Shown here piece after piece: positions 1-9,677 of a stretch of DNA of 32,000 nucleotides. A program made the position numbers and the translations under genes. The number at the start of each line of letters is the position of its first letter. Positions within the stretch are counted from its first letter, which is position 1. The notes below the pieces were generated by a model. It did no database searches. It saw only the letters and a list, made by a program, of their open reading frames with translations, and had not been told where the DNA came from. Source of the stretch: Synechococcus sp. A15-28 (lineage in GTDB: Bacteria; Cyanobacteriota; Cyanobacteriia; PCC-6307; Cyanobiaceae); contig NZ_CP047931.1 of assembly GCF_014280175.1 (NCBI RefSeq), forward strand, positions 2,309,587 through 2,341,586, read 5' to 3'.

Positions 1-197
1 TTCACATCATGGACCGAGCAGGGGCCCACCACCACCAGCAGACGCCGATCCTCGCCGCGCAAAATGGCCTGGATCCGTCGACGGGCCGATGCGACCGTCT
101 CCATGGCGGCGGCATCAATCGGCAGATCTCCGTGCAGCAGAGCCGGAGCCACCAGCGGACGGGTCTCCACCACATGCAAATCCGAGGTGGTGGCCAT
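1..197 (-). CDS. 3-deoxy-7-phosphoheptulonate (DAHP) synthase, N-terminal part, runs off the left edge
   Basis: Reverse-strand reading from the ATG at 197 gives [65 protein letters not shown]; the VVGPCSVHD motif is typical of type I AroF/G/H DAHP synthases. Confidence 0.88.
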   Translation of the reverse strand, partial: MATTSDLHVVETRPLVAPALLHGDLPIDAAAMETVASARRRIQAILRGEDRRLLVVVGPCSVHDV

Positions 198-293
198 GAC
201 CGCGCGCGTGAAACGGACCAAGGCTACGCATCCTGCTCACTGGCAACAGACCCTGTCCGGAAGAATGGTGCTCTGCCCCGCACATTCCTCACC

Positions 294-2876
294 ATGCTGA
301 GCGCGTATCGCGAGCTGGCCGCCGACCGCGAAGCCCAAGGCATCCCGGCCCTGCCGCTGACAGCTGAGCAGACCCAGGCCCTGACCGAACTGCTGCAACA
401 GCCACCCGCAGGGGAGGACGAAGCCCTGTTGCATCTCCTCAGTGAGCGCATTCCACCCGGCGTTGACGAAGCCACCTATGTGAAAGCCACCTGGCTCAGC
501 GCCGTCGCCCAAGGGCAAGCAACAAGCTCCCTGGTGACACCCCTAGAGGCCACTCGCCTGCTCGGAACCATGGTGGGTGGGTACAACGTGGCAGCTCTGA
601 TTGAGCTGCTTCAGCACAGCGACGAGCAGCTGGCCAGCTGCGCGGCTGAAGGCCTCAGCCGCACCCTGCTGGTTTACGACGCCTTCAATGACGTGATGGA
701 GCTGGCGGCGAGCAATCGCTTCGCCAGGCAGGTGGTGGACAGCTGGGCGGCGGCCGAATGGTTCACCCGCCGTGAGCCCCTGGCCGAAATGATCACGGTG
801 ACCGTGTTCAAGGTGGAAGGGGAAACCAACACCGACGACCTCTCACCCGCCACCCACGCCACTACCCGACCGGACATTCCCCTGCACGCCCTGGCGATGC
901 TCGAGACACGGGATCCCGAGGGTCTGAAAAAGATCGCAACCCTCAAACAAAAGGGTCATCCCGTGGCCTACATGGGCGACGTGGTGGGCACCGGCAGCTC
1001 CAGGAAAAGTGCGATCAACTCCGTGCTTTGGCACACCGGCAACGACATTCCCCACGTCCCCAACAAACGCGGCGGCGGCGTGATTCTCGGCGGCAAGATC
1101 GCGCCGATCTTTTTCAACACCGCCGAAGACTCCGGCGCTCTGCCGATCGAATGCGATGTCACCATGCTGAACACCGGTGATGTGATCACCATCCGCCCCC
1201 ATTCCGGCACGATCGAACGCGAAGGCGAGGTGGTGAGCCGATTCGAACTCAAGCCCAGCACCATCAGCGATGAGGTGCGAGCCGGCGGCCGCATTCCCTT
1301 GATGATCGGCCGGGCCCTCACGGACAAGGTCCGAGCGCAGCTGGGTCTCGCCCCTTCGGACGCCTTCATCCGCCCCTCGGCACCAGCAGACACCGGCAAG
1401 GGCTTCACCCTGGCCCAGAAAATGGTGGGCAAGGCCTGTGGCCTGCCGGGCGTTCGCCCCGGCACCAGCTGCGAGCCACTGATGACCACCGTCGGCTCCC
1501 AGGACACCACGGGACCGATGACCCGGGATGAGATGAAGGAGTTGGCCTGTCTCGGCTTCTCCTCCGACCTGGTGATGCAGAGCTTCTGCCACACCGCGGC
1601 TTATCCGAAACCAGTGGATCTGCAGACCCAGAAAGATCTGCCGGACTTCTTTGCCCAGCGCGGCGGTGTTGCCCTTCGCCCGGGCGACGGGATCATCCAC
1701 AGCTGGCTGAACCGCATGCTCCTGCCCGACAGCGTGGGCACGGGTGGGGACAGCCACACCCGCTTCCCCCTCGGCATTTCCTTCCCCGCCGGTTCCGGCC
1801 TGGTGGCCTTCGCTGCTGCCATCGGTGCGATGCCCCTGGACATGCCCGAGTCGGTGCTGGTGCGCTTCAGCGGTTCGCTGCAGCCCGGTGTGACCCTGCG
1901 GGACGTGGTGAACGCCATTCCCTGGGTGGCCATTCAGAAGGGCCTGCTCACCGTGGAGAAGGCCAACAAGAAGAACATCTTCAACGGCCGGATCATGGAG
2001 ATCGAAGGTCTGCCGGATCTCAAGCTGGAGCAGGCCTTCGAACTCACCGATGCCACAGCCGAACGCTCCTGCGCCGGCTGCACGATCAAGCTCTCGGAAG
2101 CAACCGTGAGCGAATACCTGCGCAGCAATGTGGCCCTGCTGAAAAACATGATCGCAAGGGGCTACAGCGATGCCAAAACCCTGGCTCGGCGGATCAAGGC
2201 TATGGAGGCCTGGCTGGCCAATCCGCAGCTGCTGAGCGCTGATCCGGATGCTCAATATGCCGAAGTCCTGGAGATCAACCTCGACGAGCTCACCGAACCG
2301 GTGCTGGCCTGTCCCAACGATCCCGACAACGTGAAACTGCTGAGTGAGGTCGCCGGCGATCCCGTTCAGGAGGTGTTCATCGGCTCCTGCATGACCAACA
2401 TCGGCCACTACCGCGCCGCGGCCAAGGTGCTGGAGGGCTCCGGCAGCAACAAAGCCCGCCTCTGGGTCTGCCCGCCGACACGCATGGACGAAGAGACCCT
2501 GAAGGCCGAGGGCTACTACGCCACCTTTGAAGCGGCCGGTTCGCGCATGGAGATGCCGGGTTGTTCGCTCTGCATGGGCAACCAGGCCCGGGTGGAGGAC
2601 AACACCACGGTGTTCTCCACCAGCACCCGGAACTTCAACAACCGTCTGGGCAAAGGCGCCCAGGTGTATCTGGGCAGTGCCGAGCTGGCAGCGGTCTGCG
2701 CCCTGCTGGGTCGCATTCCCACCGCCGATGAGTACCGCTCAATCGCAGCTGAAAAAATTGATCCGCTCTCCGATGAGCTTTACCGCTATCTGAATTTCGA
2801 TCAGATCAGCGGTTTTGAAGATCAAGGCCGGGTGATGAGTGCGGATGAGGAGGCGGCTGTGCTGGCTGAAGCCTGA
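294..2876 (+). CDS. acnB: Bifunctional aconitate hydratase 2 / 2-methylisocitrate dehydratase
   Basis: Long ORF with AcnB features: [86 protein letters not shown]. The start is placed at ATG 294 ([26 protein letters not shown]) rather than the track start at 9. Confidence 0.96.
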   Translation: MLSAYRELAADREAQGIPALPLTAEQTQALTELLQQPPAGEDEALLHLLSERIPPGVDEATYVKATWLSAVAQGQATSSLVTPLEATRLLGTMVGGYNVAALIELLQHSDEQLASCAAEGLSRTLLVYDAFNDVMELAASNRFARQVVDSWAAAEWFTRREPLAEMITVTVFKVEGETNTDDLSPATHATTRPDIPLHALAMLETRDPEGLKKIATLKQKGHPVAYMGDVVGTGSSRKSAINSVLWHTGNDIPHVPNKRGGGVILGGKIAPIFFNTAEDSGALPIECDVTMLNTGDVITIRPHSGTIEREGEVVSRFELKPSTISDEVRAGGRIPLMIGRALTDKVRAQLGLAPSDAFIRPSAPADTGKGFTLAQKMVGKACGLPGVRPGTSCEPLMTTVGSQDTTGPMTRDEMKELACLGFSSDLVMQSFCHTAAYPKPVDLQTQKDLPDFFAQRGGVALRPGDGIIHSWLNRMLLPDSVGTGGDSHTRFPLGISFPAGSGLVAFAAAIGAMPLDMPESVLVRFSGSLQPGVTLRDVVNAIPWVAIQKGLLTVEKANKKNIFNGRIMEIEGLPDLKLEQAFELTDATAERSCAGCTIKLSEATVSEYLRSNVALLKNMIARGYSDAKTLARRIKAMEAWLANPQLLSADPDAQYAEVLEINLDELTEPVLACPNDPDNVKLLSEVAGDPVQEVFIGSCMTNIGHYRAAAKVLEGSGSNKARLWVCPPTRMDEETLKAEGYYATFEAAGSRMEMPGCSLCMGNQARVEDNTTVFSTSTRNFNNRLGKGAQVYLGSAELAAVCALLGRIPTADEYRSIAAEKIDPLSDELYRYLNFDQISGFEDQGRVMSADEEAAVLAEA

Positions 2877-2890
2877 CCCGAGATCACCCT

Positions 2891-4333
2891 GTGCCCACCC
2901 TGAGCGAGCCGAAACGACGACGCCATCTGCTGGGGTCCAGCCGCAGCATTCAGAGGTTGCTGGAACGCCGCTGGCTGGTGGTGGTTCTGGCGTTGGCACT
3001 CACTGGCCTCGGAGCAGCCATCACCGGACTGCTGTTCACCGGTGGGATCAACCTGCTCAGGGACTGGCGGCTGGAGCTGCTCAATGAATTTCCAGCCTGG
3101 GTGGTGCTGCCTGCTCTGGGGGGATTCGGTGGACTGGTGTCCGGATGGTTGATCAGCAATCTGGCCCCTGCTGCCGGAGGCGCCGGCATCACTCACATCA
3201 TGGGATTTCTGCGCCACAGGGCTGTGCCTATGGGGCTGCGGGTGGGGCTGGTGAAGCTCGTGGCCGGAATCATCGCCATCGGCAGTGGCTTTCCCCTCGG
3301 CCCCGAGGGTCCAGCCGTGCAGATGGGTGGTTCCGTCGCCTGGCAGATGTCCCGCTGGCTTCGAGCACCGGCGGCCTTTCGCCGCATGATCGTGGCCGCC
3401 GGAGGTGGCGCCGGCATCGCCGCCGTGTTCAGTGCACCCATCGGAGGCTTCATCTACGCGATCGAGGAGCTGCTGCACTCCGCCAGGCCGGTGGTGCTGC
3501 TGCTGGTGCTCATCACCACCTTCTCCGCAGACACCTGGGCGGATGTGCTGGGCTTTCTCGGCCTGAACCCTGGATCATCCGGCCTCAGCGGCACCACGGG
3601 CTTCCAGCTGGAGCGCGCCTACACACCGTTGGTGAAATTTCTGCCCATCGATCTGCTGTACCTGATCGCCCTGGGAGCCGTGGTCGGGGTGCTGGCGGAG
3701 CTGTACACCCGTTATGTGCTGGCCATGCAGCGACAGGGAAACCGCTGGTTCGGCGACCGGCTGATCCTGCGCATGACCCTCAGCGGGCTCGTTCTTGGCT
3801 GCGTCTACGCCGCCCTTCCCGACACCTTTCACAACCCCTCGGAGCTGAAGTACCTCATCGGCGCCGGTAAAGCAGACGTCGGCCTCGCCCTGGCCAGCTT
3901 TGTGGTGCTGTTCTTCAGCACCGGGCTGGCCGCCGGATCAGGGGCTCCTGGGGGACTGTTCATGCCGATGCTGACCCTTGGCGGTGCCATCGGTCTGGCC
4001 TGTGGAATCTGGGTGGAGGCCCTCACGGGCCATGTCCCCACCACCTATGTGTTTGCGGGCATGGGGGCCTTCGTGGCGGGGTGTTCCCACACACCGATTT
4101 CCGCCATGTTCCTGGCCTTTGCCCTCACCAAGGACCTGCTGATCCTCAAACCGATCCTCGTGGCGTCTCTGATGAGTTTCCTGGTGGCCCGCTTGTTCAA
4201 CCCCCACTCCATCTACGACCGTCAGATGGGCATGGAACTGGCGTCTGAAGAGCGAATGCAGCAGCGGATCAACCGTCATCGCCGCCCGTTCACACCACCT
4301 CCTCCCCCCGGCCCCCCAGGAGACAGCAACTGA
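2891..4333 (+). CDS. ClC-family chloride channel / H+/Cl- antiporter
   Basis: Polytopic membrane protein with the GSGFPLGPEGPAVQMG filter region (gating Glu retained) and GLFMPMLTLGGAIG (GxFxP motif). GTG start at 2891. Confidence 0.9.
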   Translation: MPTLSEPKRRRHLLGSSRSIQRLLERRWLVVVLALALTGLGAAITGLLFTGGINLLRDWRLELLNEFPAWVVLPALGGFGGLVSGWLISNLAPAAGGAGITHIMGFLRHRAVPMGLRVGLVKLVAGIIAIGSGFPLGPEGPAVQMGGSVAWQMSRWLRAPAAFRRMIVAAGGGAGIAAVFSAPIGGFIYAIEELLHSARPVVLLLVLITTFSADTWADVLGFLGLNPGSSGLSGTTGFQLERAYTPLVKFLPIDLLYLIALGAVVGVLAELYTRYVLAMQRQGNRWFGDRLILRMTLSGLVLGCVYAALPDTFHNPSELKYLIGAGKADVGLALASFVVLFFSTGLAAGSGAPGGLFMPMLTLGGAIGLACGIWVEALTGHVPTTYVFAGMGAFVAGCSHTPISAMFLAFALTKDLLILKPILVASLMSFLVARLFNPHSIYDRQMGMELASEERMQQRINRHRRPFTPPPPPGPPGDSN

Positions 4334-5955
4334 ATCAGGAAACCCTGCTGTTCGATCCGGCCACACCGGAACCCGATGCCCTGAAGGCCGTGCTGGCGTT
4401 CCCCAGCACCTATTCGGTGGGGATCACAAGCCTTGGCTATCAGATCGTCTGGGCGACCCTGGCGCGCCGCAGCGATGTGGATGTGCGGCGCCTGTTCACG
4501 GATCAGGGTGATCCCCTGCCACGCCACTGCGACCTGTTCGGGCTGTCCCTGAGCTGGGAGCTGGATGGCCCCGTCTTGCCGGAACTGCTGCAGAACCAGC
4601 GCATCCCCATCTGGGCCGCGGAGCGTCGCGATCAGGATCCGATCGTCTTCGGTGGCGGTCCGGTCCTGACCGCCAACCCTGAACCGTTGGCTCCCTTTTT
4701 TGATGCGGTGCTGCTCGGGGATGGAGAGCTGCTGCTGCCCGCCTTCATCGATGCCCTCCAGCAGTGCCGTGGGGCTGACCGCCAGGTACGCCTGCGACAC
4801 CTCGCTCAGGTGCCCGGTGTGTACGTACCGGCGCTCTATGCACCGCGGTACGACACCGACGGGGAACTGATGGCCGTGGAACCCGTCGATCCGGACGTTC
4901 CGGCCATGGTCGAAAAGCAGACCTGGCGCGGCAATACCCTCAGCCACTCCACGGTGGTGACACCGGAGGCCGCCTGGCCCGACATTCACATGGTGGAAGT
5001 CGTGCGCAGTTGCCCGGAACTGTGCCGCTTCTGTCTGGCCAGCTATCTCACCCTCCCCTTCCGCACACCATCCCTGGACGACGGTCTGATTCCAGCGGTG
5101 GAAAAGGGGATGACCGCCACCAAACGGCTTGGACTGCTGGGCGCCTCGGTGACCCAGCATCCCCAGTTCTCCGATCTGCTCCAGTGGTTGGATCAGGACC
5201 GCTTCGACGGCACGCGGATCAGCGTCAGTTCCGTGAGGGCCTCCACGGTGACCCCTGAACTGGGACGGATTCTGGCCAAACGCGGCAGTCGGTCACTCAC
5301 AATTGCCATCGAAAGCGGCAGCGAACGCATGCGGGAGGTGGTCAACAAAAAACTCACCACCGAAGCGATCCATGCCGCCGCCCAGCACGCCAAGCAAGGC
5401 GGGCTGTCAGGCATGAAGCTCTACGGCATGGTCGGGTTGCCCACGGAAACCGATGCCGATGTGGACGCCACCGCCGATCTGCTGCTGACCCTGAAAAAAG
5501 GCACCCCTGGGCTGCGGTTCACCCTTGGCGTCAGCACCTTCGTGCCCAAGGCGCAGACCCCCTTCCAATGGCAAGGGGTGCGGCCGGAAGCGGACAAACG
5601 CTTGAAACGGCTGGCGAAGAAAGTCAAACCCAAGGGCATTGAGTTCCGCCCAGAGAGCTACGGCTGGAGCGTGATCCAGGCCCTGCTGTCCCGCAGCGAC
5701 CGACGCCTGGCCCCGGTGATCGCCGCCGTCGGCGACGCCCGAGAGAGCATCGGCGGATGGAAGAAGGCCTATCGAGCAGCCCTCAGCGGCGAGCTGGATC
5801 CACCGCCAGGAGATCCACTACCGGCACCGCCCCCCTGGGATGAAGTGATTCATGCGACCTGGGAACCCTCCCGGGTCCTGCCCTGGATCCAACTCAGGGG
5901 TCCACTCGCTCCGGAGAAGCTGCGAGACCATCACGATCAGGCTCTGACTCCCTAA
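4330..5955 (+). CDS. Radical SAM protein with B12-binding-like N-terminal region (TIGR03960-like or related)
   Basis: Contains CPELCRFC (CxxxCxxC cluster motif) plus FPSTYSVGITSLGYQIVWATL and GGGPVLTANPEP. The track starts at GTG 4390; the open frame extends to a candidate CTG at 4330 preceded by AGGAG. Confidence 0.82.
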   Translation: MNQETLLFDPATPEPDALKAVLAFPSTYSVGITSLGYQIVWATLARRSDVDVRRLFTDQGDPLPRHCDLFGLSLSWELDGPVLPELLQNQRIPIWAAERRDQDPIVFGGGPVLTANPEPLAPFFDAVLLGDGELLLPAFIDALQQCRGADRQVRLRHLAQVPGVYVPALYAPRYDTDGELMAVEPVDPDVPAMVEKQTWRGNTLSHSTVVTPEAAWPDIHMVEVVRSCPELCRFCLASYLTLPFRTPSLDDGLIPAVEKGMTATKRLGLLGASVTQHPQFSDLLQWLDQDRFDGTRISVSSVRASTVTPELGRILAKRGSRSLTIAIESGSERMREVVNKKLTTEAIHAAAQHAKQGGLSGMKLYGMVGLPTETDADVDATADLLLTLKKGTPGLRFTLGVSTFVPKAQTPFQWQGVRPEADKRLKRLAKKVKPKGIEFRPESYGWSVIQALLSRSDRRLAPVIAAVGDARESIGGWKKAYRAALSGELDPPPGDPLPAPPPWDEVIHATWEPSRVLPWIQLRGPLAPEKLRDHHDQALTP

Positions 5956-7159
5956 TAAACGCATAAAGCCCTGCCAGCAGGGTCCAGCCAAGGATGTTGA
6001 GGCGGCTGTCAAACAGCGGCAGATCGGTGGCATGCATCACCACCAGCACCAACGTGGCCGCCCACCAGGCCCGCTCCAGAGGAGGCTTCTGCAACATCCC
6101 GCGCCGTGCAGTCAGCATCAGCAACACCAGGACAGTGCCGACAATCAACACCATCACCGGCAGTCCGTGGCTGACGGCCAGCTCCAGCGGCAGGTTATGG
6201 ACATGGCCATGCCAGCGCTTGGCAGCGTGAATTGGATAAAGAACGCTGAAGGCGGCGGCACCCCATCCGAACCAAGGGCGGGCAGCCACCAATTGCAGGG
6301 CGTACTGCCACTGACCCAAACGCGTGTGTTTCCAGGCGGTTTCCCCTTGACTTTCCAGAACCCGCACCAGCACCTGATCCGGCAGCAGGCGCATCCCCCA
6401 CTGCTGCAGCCCGGCGGGAACCCCCGGCAGAACAGCGAGCAGAAGGGGTGAAGCAAGAAGCAGGAGTAGGGGAAGCAACCACAGCCACTGCCAGGACCCG
6501 AGCACGAAGGGGAGGGCCAGCACCAGCCCACCCATGGCGTTGCGTGACTGGGTGAGCAGCACAGCCATCGCCGTGGCCATGGACAGCAGCAGGGCCCCAC
6601 CACGGCGAGGCCAGCCATCGGGGCGAAGCACGGCCGCGAGCATCAGAGGCCAGACCACCGCCAGCCAGGCGCCGGTGATGTTGGCGTAATCGAACAATCC
6701 AGACAGGCGACCGATCGGGCGGCCATCGGGATGCAGAAACCAGATGATCGCCCCGCCACCGACCTGCCAGGGACCCTGCCAACCCAGGAGCATCTGGCCG
6801 AATCCCGTCACCAGCACAGGCAGAGTGCCCGCCAGCAGCATCCACACCGCCTGTCGACGTTGGCTGGACCCCTCGAGGTGAGGTTGAAAGGCCCAGAACG
6901 CCCAGATAAAGGGCAACCAATTGGCCAGACCTGCCCAGGCCAGGCCGGCGTTCTCGGCCAGGCAGGCCCCGATCAGCATCAACACCCCGGCCAGCAGCAG
7001 CGGCTGGCACCAGCGATCCCGCCACAGCGGCTGCACCCGACCACGACTGCCGCTGATGCAGGCGATGAACAGCCCAATCGCGGCAAGCAGGGCACTGGAG
7101 GGCAGAAACAACAATCCGAGTCGGAACGCCCGACCCCCGATGCGCCGATCTCTAATCAT
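5894..7159 (-). CDS. O-antigen ligase/polymerase (Wzy/WaaL-like) family membrane protein
   Basis: Polytopic; contains GRLSGLFDYANITGAWLAVVWPLMLA, LTQSRNAMGGLVLALPFVLG and a loop with HVHNLPLELAVSHGLPVMVLIVG, typical of O-antigen ligase family proteins. Confidence 0.8.
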   Translation of the reverse strand: MIRDRRIGGRAFRLGLLFLPSSALLAAIGLFIACISGSRGRVQPLWRDRWCQPLLLAGVLMLIGACLAENAGLAWAGLANWLPFIWAFWAFQPHLEGSSQRRQAVWMLLAGTLPVLVTGFGQMLLGWQGPWQVGGGAIIWFLHPDGRPIGRLSGLFDYANITGAWLAVVWPLMLAAVLRPDGWPRRGGALLLSMATAMAVLLTQSRNAMGGLVLALPFVLGSWQWLWLLPLLLLLASPLLLAVLPGVPAGLQQWGMRLLPDQVLVRVLESQGETAWKHTRLGQWQYALQLVAARPWFGWGAAAFSVLYPIHAAKRWHGHVHNLPLELAVSHGLPVMVLIVGTVLVLLMLTARRGMLQKPPLERAWWAATLVLVVMHATDLPLFDSRLNILGWTLLAGLYAFIRESEPDRDGLAASPERVDP

Positions 7160-8010
7160 GCAAACACCGCAGTTCGGCCGCGATACACCATCACCTGTCG
7201 ATGAAGGTGCATCCGCAGGGCCCGTGCCAGCGCCAACCGCTCTGTGTCACGTCCTTTGCGGATCAGGTCATCGACATCGTCACGGTGGCTGACGGGCACG
7301 GTGGTCTGCTCGATGATCGGCCCGTCGTCGAGGTCCTCAGTCACGTAGTGCGCAGTGGCCCCGATCAATTTGACCCCCCGCTCCCAGGCCCGGTGGTAGG
7401 GCTGCGCCCCCTTGAAGGCCGGCAAAAAAGAGTGGTGGATGTTGATCACATCCGGGAAACGCTGAAGAAAGTCGCCGCTGAGCACCTGCATGTACTTGGC
7501 GAGCACGGCGAGTTCGATCCGGTTCTCCTCCAGCAGCTCCAGCATCCTCTGCTCAGCTTCTGGTTTGGCTGCCTTGACCACGGGGACGCAGACAAAACGA
7601 ACCCCGAATCCGGCACAGAGAGGTTCGAGATCCGGGTGGTTGGCGATGACCAGGGGCACCTGCATCGGCAGTTCACCGCTCTGCACACGCCACAGCAGAT
7701 CCTGAAGGCAATGGGCTTGCTTGCTGGCGAAAATCGCCACCCGAGGCACGTCATCGGAAAAGTGCAGCTGAGCCTGACCATTCAGTCGCGTCCCCAGGGC
7801 CGCAGCGGCCTCCGGCAGGGCGACGCGTGACAGACCGAACCCATCGAGATCCCATTCGATCCGACTGAGGAACAACCCGGCCCCCGCATCGGTGTGGTGA
7901 TCGGCATGGCGGATGTTGCCGCCGTTGGCAGCCACCCAGCCGGCCAGTTCACTGACCAAGCCAGGACGGTCCGGGCAGATCAACTGCAGGATCACCGTGG
8001 CATCACGCAC
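7156..8010 (-). CDS. purU: Formyltetrahydrofolate deformylase
   Basis: MRDATVILQLICPDRPGLVSELAGWVAANGGNIRHADHH (ACT-type N-terminus) and INIHHSFLPAFKGAQPYHRAWERGVKLIGATAHYVTEDLDDGPIIEQ (formyltransferase domain). Overlaps the next gene by 4 bp. Confidence 0.96.
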   Translation of the reverse strand: MRDATVILQLICPDRPGLVSELAGWVAANGGNIRHADHHTDAGAGLFLSRIEWDLDGFGLSRVALPEAAAALGTRLNGQAQLHFSDDVPRVAIFASKQAHCLQDLLWRVQSGELPMQVPLVIANHPDLEPLCAGFGVRFVCVPVVKAAKPEAEQRMLELLEENRIELAVLAKYMQVLSGDFLQRFPDVINIHHSFLPAFKGAQPYHRAWERGVKLIGATAHYVTEDLDDGPIIEQTTVPVSHRDDVDDLIRKGRDTERLALARALRMHLHRQVMVYRGRTAVFA

Positions 8011-8082
8011 GACGAAGGTTTGAAAAGCAAATTCTCCCGCGCAGAACCAGCTGGTTAAAGTCTCTAAGATTTTTTCCTGACC

Positions 8083-8532
8083 ATGCTGAAGGCCCTGCGC
8101 CGCCTGGCCGCGATCTGCCTCTGCGTCGCGTTGAGCCTGGGTCTGATGGCCCCGGCTGCTGTCAACGCTGCTGGCATCAATCCAGACGACCTGGCGGTGA
8201 TCCGCCGACAGGCCGCAGCATTTGAAGCCACCAAGTCACGTCTGCCTGATCTGGCCCGCTTGGTGAGTGATGAGGACTGGGTCTTCACGCGCAACCTTCT
8301 GCACGGACCCATGCAGGAAGTCGGCCGTGAAATGTCGTACATCAATCAGCGCCTGGATCGCTCTGAGCGCAAGGACGCCGACAAGATCGCCCGCAAACTC
8401 AAGGAAGCCCTGGCCGACCTCGACGAAGCGGCTCGCCTGCAGGATGGCTCCCGTCTGCAACGGTCCTACAGCAATCTGGCGGCCAGCTTCGACGCCTATT
8501 CCGACGTGATCCCAGCTGAGGCCTTCAGCTGA
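8083..8532 (+). CDS. psbQ: Photosystem II PsbQ-like lipoprotein (CyanoQ)
   Basis: Small secreted helical protein with signal peptide MLKALRRLAAICLCVALSLGLMAPAAVNA, then DWVFTRNLLHGPMQEVGREMSYINQRL, as in cyanobacterial PsbQ. Confidence 0.85.
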   Translation: MLKALRRLAAICLCVALSLGLMAPAAVNAAGINPDDLAVIRRQAAAFEATKSRLPDLARLVSDEDWVFTRNLLHGPMQEVGREMSYINQRLDRSERKDADKIARKLKEALADLDEAARLQDGSRLQRSYSNLAASFDAYSDVIPAEAFS

Positions 8533-9617
8533 ACCGTCCAGTCGCCGTTGTCGGTGCCGGCTCCCTCGGCCTTGGCACCGCCTGGCACCTGGCCTCTCTC
8601 GGCCACCCGGTGACGATCTACGATCCCCGCCTGACACAGCGAGTCAGCAGGACAAGGTCTTCCACCGAACTCAACGGCACCACCGCGTCCCTGGGCGTGC
8701 TCATGGGGCACGTCTTCCGTCGATCCAGTGGTCGTGGCTGGCGGCTGCGAAAACGCAGCATGGAACTCTGGCCCCTCTGGATCAACCGCTTGCAACGCTT
8801 CGTGCCGGAACTGGCTCTACAAACCCCGCTGCTGCAAGTTGCTGGTGATGAAGCCACCGGAATCCGGCTCAACGGTCTGGCCTCACAACGCCAACAGCTT
8901 GGGCTGAAAAGCCTTTCCCCTGCAGAACTGGACGCAATCTGGCCAAGAGCGGAACACGGTGGATTGCGCTCCGAACAAGACGGTCGCGTGGATCCTTTGA
9001 AACTGCAGCAATCCCTGCGGCGTGCTCTTGAGGAGCATCAGGTGACTCAGGTGGCCGAACCAGTCGATACCCTCGAGCGTCACCGTTCCGGCTGGCGTGT
9101 GGTGAGGACCGGAGGCCAACGGGACGACTTCGCTGCTGTGGTGATCTGCGCAGCCCTAGCCAGCTCAGCACTGCTGGCACCTCTTGATCACGACCGGCCC
9201 ATGACGCCGGTGCTGGGCCAGGCCCTGCGGTTGGAATTGAAGGAAGCGCCCATCAACTGGCAGCAATGGCCTGCGGTCCTGGTGGATCAAGGCGTCAACC
9301 TCATCCCCGATGGACCGAATCAGTTGCTGCTGGGGGCCACCGTTGAACCGGGCAGTGAAGCGGCCGAAGACCCCCTGGCCTTAATGCGTTCCCTCCACGG
9401 CAAGGCCCCGGACTGGCTCAAATCCGCCACGGTGGTTGAGCACTGGAGTGGCCTGCGGGCCAGGCCGGTGGAGCGGCCAGCGCCACTTCTTGAGCAGCTC
9501 GAGCCCGGTCTGCTGCTGGCCAGTGGTCATTACCGCAACGGTGTGCTGCTGCTGCCGGCCAGTGCTGAATGGATCGCAGCTGAACTCAATCACAACCTTC
9601 CGATTACCGGCGCTTAG
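8529..9617 (+). CDS. FAD-dependent oxidoreductase (glycine/D-amino-acid oxidase family)
   Basis: The frame upstream of the track start (GTG 8610) encodes LNRPVAVVGAGSLGLGTAWHLASLGHPVTIYDP, a GxGxxG dinucleotide-binding fold. The C-terminus has GLLLASGHYRNGVLLLPASAEWIA, as in ThiO-like enzymes. The start needs a non-ATG codon (CTG 8529). Confidence 0.82.
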   Translation: MNRPVAVVGAGSLGLGTAWHLASLGHPVTIYDPRLTQRVSRTRSSTELNGTTASLGVLMGHVFRRSSGRGWRLRKRSMELWPLWINRLQRFVPELALQTPLLQVAGDEATGIRLNGLASQRQQLGLKSLSPAELDAIWPRAEHGGLRSEQDGRVDPLKLQQSLRRALEEHQVTQVAEPVDTLERHRSGWRVVRTGGQRDDFAAVVICAALASSALLAPLDHDRPMTPVLGQALRLELKEAPINWQQWPAVLVDQGVNLIPDGPNQLLLGATVEPGSEAAEDPLALMRSLHGKAPDWLKSATVVEHWSGLRARPVERPAPLLEQLEPGLLLASGHYRNGVLLLPASAEWIAAELNHNLPITGA

Positions 9618-9677
9618 CGCTGTCTTCCCCTGCAGTGCATACGGTCCCGATGGTCACATCCCCGTGCATCCGAACCC

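Noticed and set aside
9-293. N-terminal extension of the acnB ORF in the track
   Set aside because: It is the antisense of the DAHP synthase N-terminus and intergenic sequence; AcnB-like sequence begins at ATG 294.
843-2408. 521-aa minus-strand ORF antisense to acnB
   Set aside because: Composition typical of the antisense shadow of a high-GC gene; no domain signature; acnB is unambiguous on the other strand.
8011-8082. AT-rich gap between divergent purU and psbQ as a regulatory RNA
   Set aside because: Looks like an ordinary divergent promoter region; no stable structure seen by eye.
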